From: Promethearchaeota archaeon
Lineage (GTDB): Archaea; Asgardarchaeota; Lokiarchaeia; Sigyniarchaeales; SOKP01
Assembly: GCA_016839555.1 (NCBI GenBank)
Contig: JAEOUA010000012.1
Span: 1 to 64,000, forward strand
Direction of reading: 5' to 3'
Length of the DNA: 64,000 nt
The notes beneath the pieces are model-generated. The model was not told where the DNA came from. It saw only the letters and a program-made list of their open reading frames with translations, and did no database searches. Below, one piece after another: positions 50,255 through 59,661 of this stretch (position 1 is its first letter; each line of letters begins with the position of its first letter). Made by a program: the position numbers and the translations under genes.

Positions 50255-51994
50255 TTGTCTAAATTTGGAACAATTACTGACTCGAACAAAAATGTGAAGG
50301 TTCATCACGATCTGATGCGACAAGTCTTAGAAATTCTGTCCCTCATTAGAGTGATGAATAATTATTATTATAAAAAAAAAGAAATTCAAGAGAAGATTAG
50401 ACCTACCATCTCCTCTTTTATCTATGAATTAAAAGGATTAGAGAAAAACAAGGACTGGCTTTTTAGTATTCCTTCCGTATTAAGTACTATTAATCAAGAA
50501 TTTGTCAACAAAAACGATTCCTTTCGATTTCCAGACGGTATTATCCTTTTTGAAGCATGGATGAATTTAGGTCTCGAAAGTTTATATCCGCAGATTGTAT
50601 TTTGCTTTAAGGTTCCTGGTTTTCTTAAAGGTGAGAAATCTCGATATATTTTTCAGTTTGTTTTTTCCATATCACGAGGAATTGGATTCCCGATCTATTT
50701 TTCTCCAGAATATTATAATTATACTCCTAAATTTTTGAAATATCTAAATCCTCTATTTAAATGGATTTATAAAATTTCCCATTTTAACAATATTCTTATA
50801 AAAGGAGCGATTGAAAATAGATTAAATACAAAACGGCATCATCCTGGTGAATTCGAATCGGTAATTATTTCTGAATTTGAGAATAATATCTATAAAGGAA
50901 TTAATACTCTCTTTCATGGCTATTTTACGAATGAACCAAAACTATTAGGTAAGTTCAATTCTTTAAATGAAGTCTTAGAAAAGATTATTTTTTCTTATAG
51001 AATTGGAGACCATGCGATGTGTGTACTGAATGCTTCTGATAAGGATATGCCCTATCTTAACATTCCTTTAGTCGATTACAAGTTAATAAAACAAAGATAT
51101 GAAGTAGATTTCTATTCATATATTGAAAAATTAATGAATGTAAATAATCTTCTATCCAAAAAAAGCGATTATTATTATAGAAAAGGAAAATACCTTATAT
51201 TAAATCTCCCTCTTGTGGAAAAATTTAAATTTTTGTTTTATATTATAAAAAAGATATTTCTTCCAACCCAAAAGATACCAGATAAATTTGAAAATATTGA
51301 AAATTACCATAAACATAAACATTTACTCGAACATTTACGAAATTTATTATGGACCACACCCTTATATTGCCACACAATCCATGATCCTTCTAGAATAAAA
51401 GAAATTTTTAAGTTTTCCCAAAAACCGGAGGAGTTAGATGAATTTGAATATGAAATAACTTCCAGAGAGTCAATTTTTTTCTCTTTTATAAAATCGTTTG
51501 AAAAAGAAAAACAATTTAGATTTGAGAATGAAGAAGTAATCAATGCATTGGGAGATTTACGAGATAGCATGGCTAAGATGTGGTTATATTTTAGGGAAAG
51601 ACATTTCAACTCCGCTATTAGAAAATTGAATACGCTTGTAAATCTCTCAGTAGATAATAAAAATTACAAAAGCATTATAAAACAAACCATTAAACAATTA
51701 ATTCCAATCATGGCAGTGTATGAAATTTTCATCAGACCTTTGTCGAATTCTTTCTTTCCAGAATCAATTCCCCAAACTAAGCGTTTAGGTGCTTACCTTG
51801 CAAAATTTTTTACCTCAAAATATAATCCTCTGGGTCTGAGTTTAATTAATTTTTTTAATAAACTCGCATATCGAAATTGGGCAAATCTGGTATTGAATAA
51901 AAAACTAAATAGAAGAGAATTTTTCAATTTAATAGTTAAATTACCAATTTGGAAACATATCCCAAATTATATCCGGGACTTCGTATTAGATTGA
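50255..51994 (+). CDS. Large hypothetical, mostly helical protein
   Basis: 579-aa ORF, GGAGG upstream of the TTG; no recognisable motif. Confidence 0.7.
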   Translation: MSKFGTITDSNKNVKVHHDLMRQVLEILSLIRVMNNYYYKKKEIQEKIRPTISSFIYELKGLEKNKDWLFSIPSVLSTINQEFVNKNDSFRFPDGIILFEAWMNLGLESLYPQIVFCFKVPGFLKGEKSRYIFQFVFSISRGIGFPIYFSPEYYNYTPKFLKYLNPLFKWIYKISHFNNILIKGAIENRLNTKRHHPGEFESVIISEFENNIYKGINTLFHGYFTNEPKLLGKFNSLNEVLEKIIFSYRIGDHAMCVLNASDKDMPYLNIPLVDYKLIKQRYEVDFYSYIEKLMNVNNLLSKKSDYYYRKGKYLILNLPLVEKFKFLFYIIKKIFLPTQKIPDKFENIENYHKHKHLLEHLRNLLWTTPLYCHTIHDPSRIKEIFKFSQKPEELDEFEYEITSRESIFFSFIKSFEKEKQFRFENEEVINALGDLRDSMAKMWLYFRERHFNSAIRKLNTLVNLSVDNKNYKSIIKQTIKQLIPIMAVYEIFIRPLSNSFFPESIPQTKRLGAYLAKFFTSKYNPLGLSLINFFNKLAYRNWANLVLNKKLNRREFFNLIVKLPIWKHIPNYIRDFVLD

Positions 51995-51995
51995 C

Positions 51996-52577
51996 TTAAA
52001 ATTCTAAAAAACCAGGGTCATCAAATAAATCTTCTATATCTTTCTTCTTTTTGATCCCCGTTTCTTCGTGCTCTGAAAACAAACTATCCTCATCTGTTTT
52101 AATACCTGATTCTAATTCGCTAGTTTCTAATTCAAGTAAAGCATCCTTCTCCAAGCTTTTATATTTGCTACTTTTTTCTTTCCATTCTTGTATCTCGTCC
52201 ATATCATAATCTCCCTCATCTAAAAGTTGCGCGGCTTTTACTCTACAAAGATCCGATAAGATTGAAAACGCAAATGCCAACTCTCCCCACTCTTTGTTCT
52301 CTTTTAATTTATTGATTCGCTTTTTTAACCGCTGAATCTCTTGCTCAGCATAATATATATCGATAAAATCTCCAAAAGCATCCACAGGTTCGGAAATTGA
52401 ATTAATTAACACTTCTTTTTCTAAACCACAATTTCCACACTTAACTGTGGCAAAACCTCCCTTCTCTCGTAGATTCTCTACTTTAACTGATTTTTCCCCG
52501 CATTGGGGGCATGTAAAAATTTTTGGGAGTTTTTTAACTCTCCGATAAGTGGTTTGTTTTCGTTTACGACGCCCCAT
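51996..52577 (-). CDS. elf1: Transcription elongation factor Elf1 with long C-terminal extension
   Basis: MGRRKRK...LPKIFTCPQCG...CGNCG...EPVDAFGDFID; AAGGAG upstream. Confidence 0.9.
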   Translation of the reverse strand: MGRRKRKQTTYRRVKKLPKIFTCPQCGEKSVKVENLREKGGFATVKCGNCGLEKEVLINSISEPVDAFGDFIDIYYAEQEIQRLKKRINKLKENKEWGELAFAFSILSDLCRVKAAQLLDEGDYDMDEIQEWKEKSSKYKSLEKDALLELETSELESGIKTDEDSLFSEHEETGIKKKKDIEDLFDDPGFLEF

Positions 52578-52781
52578 AATAAATCTCCTTAAATTTTTTG
52601 GTTAATACTTTTTTATTTTATGTATTTTAAAAATGAGTAATTAATTCATAGTTAATATAGAAGCATCCCTAAAAAATTTTTGCGTAAAACATTGCTAAAA
52701 CGTCAATTTCCATAAAATTTTTTAGGTTTGCTACATTTTTCCATTCAGTAATTCTAATTACCCAAATTAAATACAGTTTAG

Positions 52782-53888
52782 TTGATAATAGTCATGGAGC
52801 ATAATAGTTTATCCTTAGAATATGATCGGAATTTAATCATTAGGATCCTTGAAGATATCAATATGCGATATATAATCCTTTTTCTCTATATCATCAGAAA
52901 TGATTTATTTAGAGATTTGAAAGACCCCAAGATTATTGAATCTTATAATAGGGTATTAGCATTGGATGAGATTTATAAAGGGAATATTATCACATTTTGG
53001 GAAAAGGAGTTCACAAATATAGCGATAGATCTTGGTCTATTTAAAAATATTAGAAGTATAAGGGAGTTTGAGCAGAAAGATCAAGATTTAATCATTAAAT
53101 TTGGAGAAAATACAATAACTGTGGAAGGAGATACAATTTCAGTTCCCGCGGATACGCTCCACTTAATGATCACCAAAAAATTTAAATTCCTCACAAAAAG
53201 AAATTTTAATATAGCTCTCACTCAGCTGAAAGGTGTAAGGTGCGAATATAATGGAATGATTCATCCTTTTATTTATCAGATTGGAGAGGAGGATTATACC
53301 TTATCCGACGATTTATATTATATTTTAGATCAATTTGGTAATATTTATCAAGCAATGAAAATAGAAAATACAATTGAAGTATTCTATGAGAAAATAAAAG
53401 AGATATCAGACAAGCTAATTGAATTTATAGCTATTTTTGATCTAGCTTTAAATAGTAAACAAGCGATAAAAAAAATAAATCAGGCAATAGAAGAAAATAA
53501 AGATATAATTGAACAATTAAAAGAAGAAAACATCTCTTTATCAGATAAATTTGAATATGAAAATCTCGATAAATCTAAACCCATTTTTAAAGATTGGCAT
53601 TCTCGACTAATCCAATTACTACAATTTCGCTATAGAATAGATAATATAGAGCAAGAGGTAATCAAGTTAAGAAATTATTATTCTGGGTCTGAAAAAAAGT
53701 ATAATTATTTAGATTATATCGAAAAAGTGTCTTTTAATGAAGATGATATTGTAAATAATATTAGAAATGATCTGCTTGAAGCTCGGAATAAATTAATTGA
53801 TATAAATGATATTATTAAAAAACTAAATAAAAAAGAAATTAAGCTTTTAAATTTAGATTATGAAAGATATCTTATTGAAAGCAGCTAA
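52782..53888 (+). CDS. Hypothetical protein, N-terminal winged-helix-like region + coiled coil (first gene of the 8-gene cluster)
   Basis: Helix + wing pattern LTKRNFNIALTQL...FIYQIGEEDYTLSD, then long heptad helices. ATG at 52794 is an alternative start. Confidence 0.7.
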   Translation: MIIVMEHNSLSLEYDRNLIIRILEDINMRYIILFLYIIRNDLFRDLKDPKIIESYNRVLALDEIYKGNIITFWEKEFTNIAIDLGLFKNIRSIREFEQKDQDLIIKFGENTITVEGDTISVPADTLHLMITKKFKFLTKRNFNIALTQLKGVRCEYNGMIHPFIYQIGEEDYTLSDDLYYILDQFGNIYQAMKIENTIEVFYEKIKEISDKLIEFIAIFDLALNSKQAIKKINQAIEENKDIIEQLKEENISLSDKFEYENLDKSKPIFKDWHSRLIQLLQFRYRIDNIEQEVIKLRNYYSGSEKKYNYLDYIEKVSFNEDDIVNNIRNDLLEARNKLIDINDIIKKLNKKEIKLLNLDYERYLIESS

Positions 53889-54051
53889 CTAATAAAATGA
53901 AAACTACATTATTTAATATTGAGAGTGTTTTATCAGAAGGGTACTTTTCACAATTAAACGTAAATTTTTTTGGAACGGATTATTTTTATGTAACAACTTA
54001 TTTTAATATAATTAATTTTTTAAAATATTCAATTAATTAAGGTGTGCTCTA

Positions 54052-55029
54052 GTGAAATGTCCGTCATGTGATATTGAAATGAATCAACTTGTTGATGGGA
54101 TTTTTGAATGCCCCAAATGTAAAAAAATCATCAGAGAAAAAAGAGAAGAGGCAGAAAAGGGAAAAGAAAAAAAGAAAATAATCGGAGAGCTTTTAGATGG
54201 AGTTTACTTTCATAACAATTTTTCAATAAATCAACAATATGAGATGGTAGAATCGGGTATTTTAATTAATAAGACGGATACTAGAGCCTTTGGGGCTTTA
54301 ATTTGTCATAGTGCATATTTAGAAAATGAAAAGTATATCAGATTATCTTGGTGGAAAAAATCGTTCTATCGACATGGGGGTATGATAAAAATATACGAAA
54401 AAGAGGTCTTAAAGAACCTTATCAAAGCTTTAGAAAAAATATATGATAATTTTGATGAATTTTGGATATTTAAAGGAAAATTTAGAGAAAATCAAACTAA
54501 AAGCGAGGAAGATATTTTAAAAGAGAAAAAATTAGACCTTATCAAATTTAGAATTATTGAAAATCGTACGTGTCCAAACTGCCAAAAGAAAATGAATAAA
54601 AATAAATCGCATTATGAATGCCCATATTGTGGAGAAATTGTTATTTTGGAAGGTTATAATCAACCAATTTTTAATATAGCTCCCGCGGATTTAAAATTAA
54701 ATTTTCAAGGAAACTTTCCTATCAATTATTATCTCCCAATAAGCGGAATTACCATAAAATGGCTTATGGGAGAGTGGAAAGCCCTTGTTGTGATCTATTC
54801 CAAAGATAATCCTAACAAAAAATGGCTTCGATTTTATTGGTGGGTCCGAGATCTTAAAAATATTATGAAATATGGGACACGTAGATTTGCAGAGGATAAT
54901 CAACTTGGATGGCAAGCTAAAAAAGGCTCTGGAACGACAAACATATATAATAAAGAATCTATCAAACCTTTAATTGAAGCATTAAAAATTTTAGCTAAAG
55001 AATTAAATTGGAATATTAAAGAAAATTAA
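54052..55029 (+). CDS. Internally duplicated (Zn ribbon + PC4-like beta/alpha) protein
   Basis: Two CPxC..M......ECPxC ribbons, each followed by KYIRLSWW / KWLRFYWW and IYxKE....LI.AL. Confidence 0.7.
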   Translation: MKCPSCDIEMNQLVDGIFECPKCKKIIREKREEAEKGKEKKKIIGELLDGVYFHNNFSINQQYEMVESGILINKTDTRAFGALICHSAYLENEKYIRLSWWKKSFYRHGGMIKIYEKEVLKNLIKALEKIYDNFDEFWIFKGKFRENQTKSEEDILKEKKLDLIKFRIIENRTCPNCQKKMNKNKSHYECPYCGEIVILEGYNQPIFNIAPADLKLNFQGNFPINYYLPISGITIKWLMGEWKALVVIYSKDNPNKKWLRFYWWVRDLKNIMKYGTRRFAEDNQLGWQAKKGSGTTNIYNKESIKPLIEALKILAKELNWNIKEN

Positions 55030-55044
55030 TTGGGATGAATTGAG

Positions 55045-56184
55045 TTGGAAAATAGCAAAAATCCTACATGGAAAAAATTATTAGGAGATTTTATTCAAGG
55101 GTTGGATCGGGCGATTCACTATTTAGAAGAACGAGATGTTGAGAGAATTCCCGGCGCCAGAGAAGCTCTAATACGTAGATTGGAAAATATGCATACTCAT
55201 TTTCCAAAAAATAATGGAGAGATTTTCATAAAAGCGATCAATGATAAAATCCAAAATGCATTTTTCCCTAATACTAAAAATTTTGCTGAAGCTTTTAAAA
55301 AAATCTTAAAATCCCGAACTCATGAGCAAGATTTTATAATTAATGAATTAATCAATGGATTTGTATCGTCTAAGGCTAAAGCTATAACATCTGAAACACA
55401 AGTGCCAATAATAGATCGAATGGTGGAGGCATTTAGTAGTCGAAATGATTTTCATATTGTAGACCACCAATTTTATGCTATGTTCGGTGATCCTAATAAG
55501 CCTCGAAAATATGTGAAAAAAAAATTAGAAGAATTAGTATCCCTATTTGGACTTGTTTCAAAAGAATTGGTTGTTGAAAAGGATAAAAGGAGGAGCGAAA
55601 GAAAAGTCTATACCTTTTATACTTTTCCTGATGAAATTTTAGCTATTCTTGAAGAAAAATACATTATTATTGATGAAGAACTGGGCTATGCATACGTTTC
55701 TGAAGAATTTGACAGAAACGTGTTTATTTGCATGTTTCTTGCAAATATTGCAATACATCGGGACAATTTAGAAGAGATTGGTGGAGAGTATACGGTCAAT
55801 GGAATTTCCGCAATATTTGCCTTAATTTTATTATTAAGTTTCATGCCAAAAATAAGAGTAGATGAAAATAATCCCATATTGCGGGATCCTTCTTTTAATG
55901 AAAATAATATGAGTGTTATTCCTAAGTCTTGGATGATGAAAAAAGTATTAGATAAACTTTTTGAACCATTAATTAAAATAATCGCCTACAGGCTTGGGGG
56001 CGGATTATGGTTATCAAAGATAATTGATTCTGAAATAAATAGAAAAATTCATAATCAAATACGATTTCTCCTTAAGGATGTTAACCGCTGGATATTAGGC
56101 GAGCTGGTCCGTATAGAAATACCAATCTTCGTTGAGATTTCCAATATATTCCAAGAAATTATCATAGGAACAGAAACAGAATAA
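55045..56184 (+). CDS. Hypothetical protein with internal winged-helix-like segment
   Basis: RKYVKKKLEELVSLFGLVSKELV...RKVYTFY; TTG start 6 nt after GGGATGA. Confidence 0.7.
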   Translation: MENSKNPTWKKLLGDFIQGLDRAIHYLEERDVERIPGAREALIRRLENMHTHFPKNNGEIFIKAINDKIQNAFFPNTKNFAEAFKKILKSRTHEQDFIINELINGFVSSKAKAITSETQVPIIDRMVEAFSSRNDFHIVDHQFYAMFGDPNKPRKYVKKKLEELVSLFGLVSKELVVEKDKRRSERKVYTFYTFPDEILAILEEKYIIIDEELGYAYVSEEFDRNVFICMFLANIAIHRDNLEEIGGEYTVNGISAIFALILLLSFMPKIRVDENNPILRDPSFNENNMSVIPKSWMMKKVLDKLFEPLIKIIAYRLGGGLWLSKIIDSEINRKIHNQIRFLLKDVNRWILGELVRIEIPIFVEISNIFQEIIIGTETE

Positions 56185-56202
56185 TTAAAATGAAAAATTA
56201 AG

Positions 56203-57480
56203 GTGTTAAAATTGAGATTAGAGAAATGGACTGATATTTTACCAAGGTACCAGACATTTATTAGCCATATGAAGCCGATTTTGCGAGAAACTAGAAGGAT
56301 TATTGAAGATCTGGATGCTGATTTATTATATGATACTGAAGTCCTAGATAAAATTCGTGAGGAGGAGGAAAGAAGGAATATCCGTAAGGTAAGAGCTTTA
56401 TCAGAATTTTCAGCAATGTATAGATCAAATGTCTATGAATTAATGAAAGATTTTATCACAAAATATAGAGATCGTATTTCACTTATAGATATTAAAGATT
56501 ATATCATCGATTTTCTTCAAGAATCCATAGAGGCACTTACAATTTTACGTAATATTACAAATCCAGATCAAAAAGATCTAGAGCAAACATATTTATATAC
56601 ATTAGTTAAATTTCTTGAAAAAATCTTATTCCCAAAAGGAAATAGTATTAATGTGATATATGAAAAATTATTAGTACACACTCCTGAATATTATGAATCG
56701 CAAAGACATTTATTAAAAACTCATACTCATTATAGAGAAGACTTAGAGCATTCAGATTTTTTTACAGTTCCTGCAATATCACCAAAAGTATACCAGATCA
56801 TTAATAATATCACCTCTTTTTTTAATTTAGATCCTAATTATGGACCTCTTCCAGAGAATAAAAATCATGAAATTCCTATGATTTTAAAGAATGATGTGTT
56901 TTTACCATATATTGATTCAATCGCTAAAGCTGAAGAGGAAGCTATTAAAAGTATTGCTGAAAGAATAGGTCTTCGGGTGATTGATGATATATTTTTGGCT
57001 CCAAAAAAAGAATTTATAGATCTCTTATTAGATAACAATTTTTTAAGAGAAAAAAAGCAGTCAGATGGAACAGTAAGGTATATACCGCAATTTAGTAATG
57101 AAACATTAATATTATATTATTTAGCATTTGCTTCAAGAAGAAGAGGTTTTTTATCTAAAGAATTAATAAATTGGATTACAATTAACTTTGCGTTTTTAGT
57201 TTATATGGGAATACTAAAATGGAAATTGTCAGATGAAAATATTTTTTATTCCATTTTTAAAGACCTCCAAACAAATGAAAAAGTATTACCTTATCTAATG
57301 AAGTTAATTTGTTTTCCCAATTATTTAGGGCTCGATAAAACAAAAATAAGGGACTCTCCACAGTATAGAAAAGAAATTTTCAATTTTATAGGAGCACAAA
57401 TAGATAATATTCAAAACCTTGTTGAAAACGTAGGGCAATATTGTTATGAAAAATTTGAAAAAGGAAAAAAAAATAAATAA
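56203..57480 (+). CDS. Hypothetical helical protein (possible wHTH near the C-terminal third)
   Basis: 425-aa ORF 18 nt after the previous stop; FIDLLLDNNFLREKK..GTVRY segment. Confidence 0.7.
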   Translation: MLKLRLEKWTDILPRYQTFISHMKPILRETRRIIEDLDADLLYDTEVLDKIREEEERRNIRKVRALSEFSAMYRSNVYELMKDFITKYRDRISLIDIKDYIIDFLQESIEALTILRNITNPDQKDLEQTYLYTLVKFLEKILFPKGNSINVIYEKLLVHTPEYYESQRHLLKTHTHYREDLEHSDFFTVPAISPKVYQIINNITSFFNLDPNYGPLPENKNHEIPMILKNDVFLPYIDSIAKAEEEAIKSIAERIGLRVIDDIFLAPKKEFIDLLLDNNFLREKKQSDGTVRYIPQFSNETLILYYLAFASRRRGFLSKELINWITINFAFLVYMGILKWKLSDENIFYSIFKDLQTNEKVLPYLMKLICFPNYLGLDKTKIRDSPQYRKEIFNFIGAQIDNIQNLVENVGQYCYEKFEKGKKNK

Positions 57481-57502
57481 TATAAAAAAGAGATGAAATA
57501 AT

Positions 57503-58579
57503 ATTACATATACGGATGAAGAAATTAAGGAAAGATTAAGCAAATATGGCGCAGTATATTTACCAAATGACGTTAAAGAAGATGTAAATGATATAAAGGG
57601 TAACGAATTTAAAAAAGAAAGATTAGATGATTTTTTTAAAGCTCTTACCAGTTATAAGGATATTTCAGAGCAGTTGAAAAAAACTAAACTGTCTCCTAGC
57701 TTAACAGTATTATTATATGGACCTCCAGGAACAGGTAAAACCTCTTTAACAAGAGCGTTTTCCAAAAAATATAAAATCCCTATGTGTGTTGTTGAGTCTG
57801 ATAGGCTGGTTTCTCCATTGTTAGGGGATACTATAAAAAATATACGAAATGTAGTAGAACTAGCGGCTGATGTGGCTAAAGAAAATGGTTCTTTTGTATT
57901 ATTTTTTGATGAGATAGATGCTATAGGCTCTGAGAGATCGAATATCCATGAAGTAGGAGAAATTAAAAGGGCTGTTATCTCCTTTTTACAAGTCATTGAT
58001 AAAGTTAATTATGAGGGGATTCCACTTGCTATTTTTGGAGCAACAAATCACCAACACCAGCTGGATTCTGCGATTTGGAGGCGTTTTACATTTCATTTGA
58101 ATTTTGATTTTCCTAATTATGAGTTAAGAAAAGAAATTATTGAATCTTTTTTAGAAAAAATAGAAAAAGCAGATATCGGTATAGATGATACTATATATAA
58201 AAGATTAGATAATGAATATAAGGAAATTAAAGAAATTCATAAAAATCTAGAGGCGAAATTGGGAAGAAACATTTCTGAATTTGAAGATAATTTATTATGG
58301 AATGAGATAGAAAAGAAAAAGCAATTAGAAGGATTTTTAAAATTAACACTTGGATATTCTGGCTCAGATATAGAAAGAGGAACTAGGGTAGCTTTATTTA
58401 AAGTAATTCAAACAGGTATCTTAACCTATAATATTTTTTATAATTCTTTAGAGTTAGTAGGGGGTACTGCCGTCCATGTTAAAAGACAAGACATTTTAAG
58501 CAATAATAGAAAATTAGGAACTAGATCCGAAAAATATAAAGCAAGCCGACCCAATACTTCTGGTCCTCCAGAATTATAA
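57503..58579 (+). CDS. Classic-clade AAA+ ATPase (probable ATT start at 57503)
   Basis: GPPGTGKT, FFDEIDAI, EVGEIKRAVISFLQ, ATNH..LDSAIWRRF. The frame is open 57 codons upstream of the TTG at 57674 and includes the pre-Walker-A segment VNDIKGNEFKKERL. Confidence 0.9.
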   Translation: MTYTDEEIKERLSKYGAVYLPNDVKEDVNDIKGNEFKKERLDDFFKALTSYKDISEQLKKTKLSPSLTVLLYGPPGTGKTSLTRAFSKKYKIPMCVVESDRLVSPLLGDTIKNIRNVVELAADVAKENGSFVLFFDEIDAIGSERSNIHEVGEIKRAVISFLQVIDKVNYEGIPLAIFGATNHQHQLDSAIWRRFTFHLNFDFPNYELRKEIIESFLEKIEKADIGIDDTIYKRLDNEYKEIKEIHKNLEAKLGRNISEFEDNLLWNEIEKKKQLEGFLKLTLGYSGSDIERGTRVALFKVIQTGILTYNIFYNSLELVGGTAVHVKRQDILSNNRKLGTRSEKYKASRPNTSGPPEL

Positions 58580-58617
58580 TATGAGAAAATATATTATTAA
58601 ATAAGAGGGATACATAT

Positions 58618-59649
58618 TTGGAAATAGAAATATTCGATCTTAACAAAATTAAAGAATTTTTTATTAATACAGAAGAATTAGAAGGAAAATTTGTTCAAAA
58701 TAAATCAAATTATGAAGATTTACAGAAATTTACAACAAATATTAAAAATATAGTAGAAAATAAAGAAATAATCGAAAAAATTGATAATATTTCTGAAAAA
58801 CTAAAAAAGATTTATACTCGCCTTCTTGACGTTTCCCAAATTAATTTAAAAAATTTAATCACCTCTCAAGACAAATTAACTAAAACTTATAAACAAGTGC
58901 ATATAGATAGATTAGAAAATAGTGATATTAATAAGCAAAAAGCAAAAAAAATTGGTTTATCTTTTATAAAGAATAAAAATATTTCGAAAGTAATTAATAA
59001 GATCTCTTTCATACCCTCTATAAATATAAGTCAGTGGTCAGATATTCTTGATTCTTTAAATGATAATGATATCTTCATGAAGATTATTAAAAATGTGAAC
59101 AATTATTATCAATTACTTTTAGAAAAAAAATTTAAGGCGGAACTCAGGAAAATTCCAGAGGATATTCAACAAACCTTAATTAACGATTTTAAAAAAGCCT
59201 TTTTTGAAGACGCAAACCTTAGTTTTAAAAATTTTATAAGAAATATCGAGTCTAAATTATCTGAAGATGAATTAACACAAAGGAAAAATCTAATTGAAAA
59301 AACCAAAAAAAGAGAAGAATTAGCTTCTCTAAAAAAACAACAACAAGAACAAAAAAGCACTTTTGAAGATTATTTTAAATACCCTGAGAAAGAATTTCAA
59401 AGAATAAGAAGAAAAAAACAAAGAAAGAGTTTATCTGAAATTGACCAAGAACCTAAAAAAAAAAAGTACATTGATGATGATAAAAAAGAGAAAATAGAGA
59501 AATTTAAATCTAAATTTGAAGATTCCTTTGATAAAATATACCTAAATCAAAAACAAGATTCTAGAGATCCTCTCGACTTAATTCGAAAAAGAAAGAAAAA
59601 GAAAGAAGAGGAATATAAAGATTTTATAGATAAGCTCAAAAAGGAATAG
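58618..59649 (+). CDS. Charged coiled-coil hypothetical protein
   Basis: Helical, Lys/Glu-rich ORF; GAGGG before the TTG; within the cluster. Confidence 0.7.
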   Translation: MEIEIFDLNKIKEFFINTEELEGKFVQNKSNYEDLQKFTTNIKNIVENKEIIEKIDNISEKLKKIYTRLLDVSQINLKNLITSQDKLTKTYKQVHIDRLENSDINKQKAKKIGLSFIKNKNISKVINKISFIPSINISQWSDILDSLNDNDIFMKIIKNVNNYYQLLLEKKFKAELRKIPEDIQQTLINDFKKAFFEDANLSFKNFIRNIESKLSEDELTQRKNLIEKTKKREELASLKKQQQEQKSTFEDYFKYPEKEFQRIRRKKQRKSLSEIDQEPKKKKYIDDDKKEKIEKFKSKFEDSFDKIYLNQKQDSRDPLDLIRKRKKKKEEEYKDFIDKLKKE

Positions 59650-59661
59650 AAGTGATAAAAG

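Noticed and set aside
57494-57496. In-frame TGA upstream of the AAA+ gene as a selenocysteine or readthrough codon
   Set aside because: The TGA is part of the SD-like GAGATGA, is not at a catalytic position, and the frame upstream runs into the previous gene's end.
57503-58579. AAA+ ATPase as Vps4/CdvC, Pch2/TRIP13 or part of an IetAS pair
   Set aside because: No MIT domain or ESCRT-III neighbours, no recognisable HORMA or CD-NTase gene, and no S8 protease nearby. It is left as an unassigned classic-clade AAA+.
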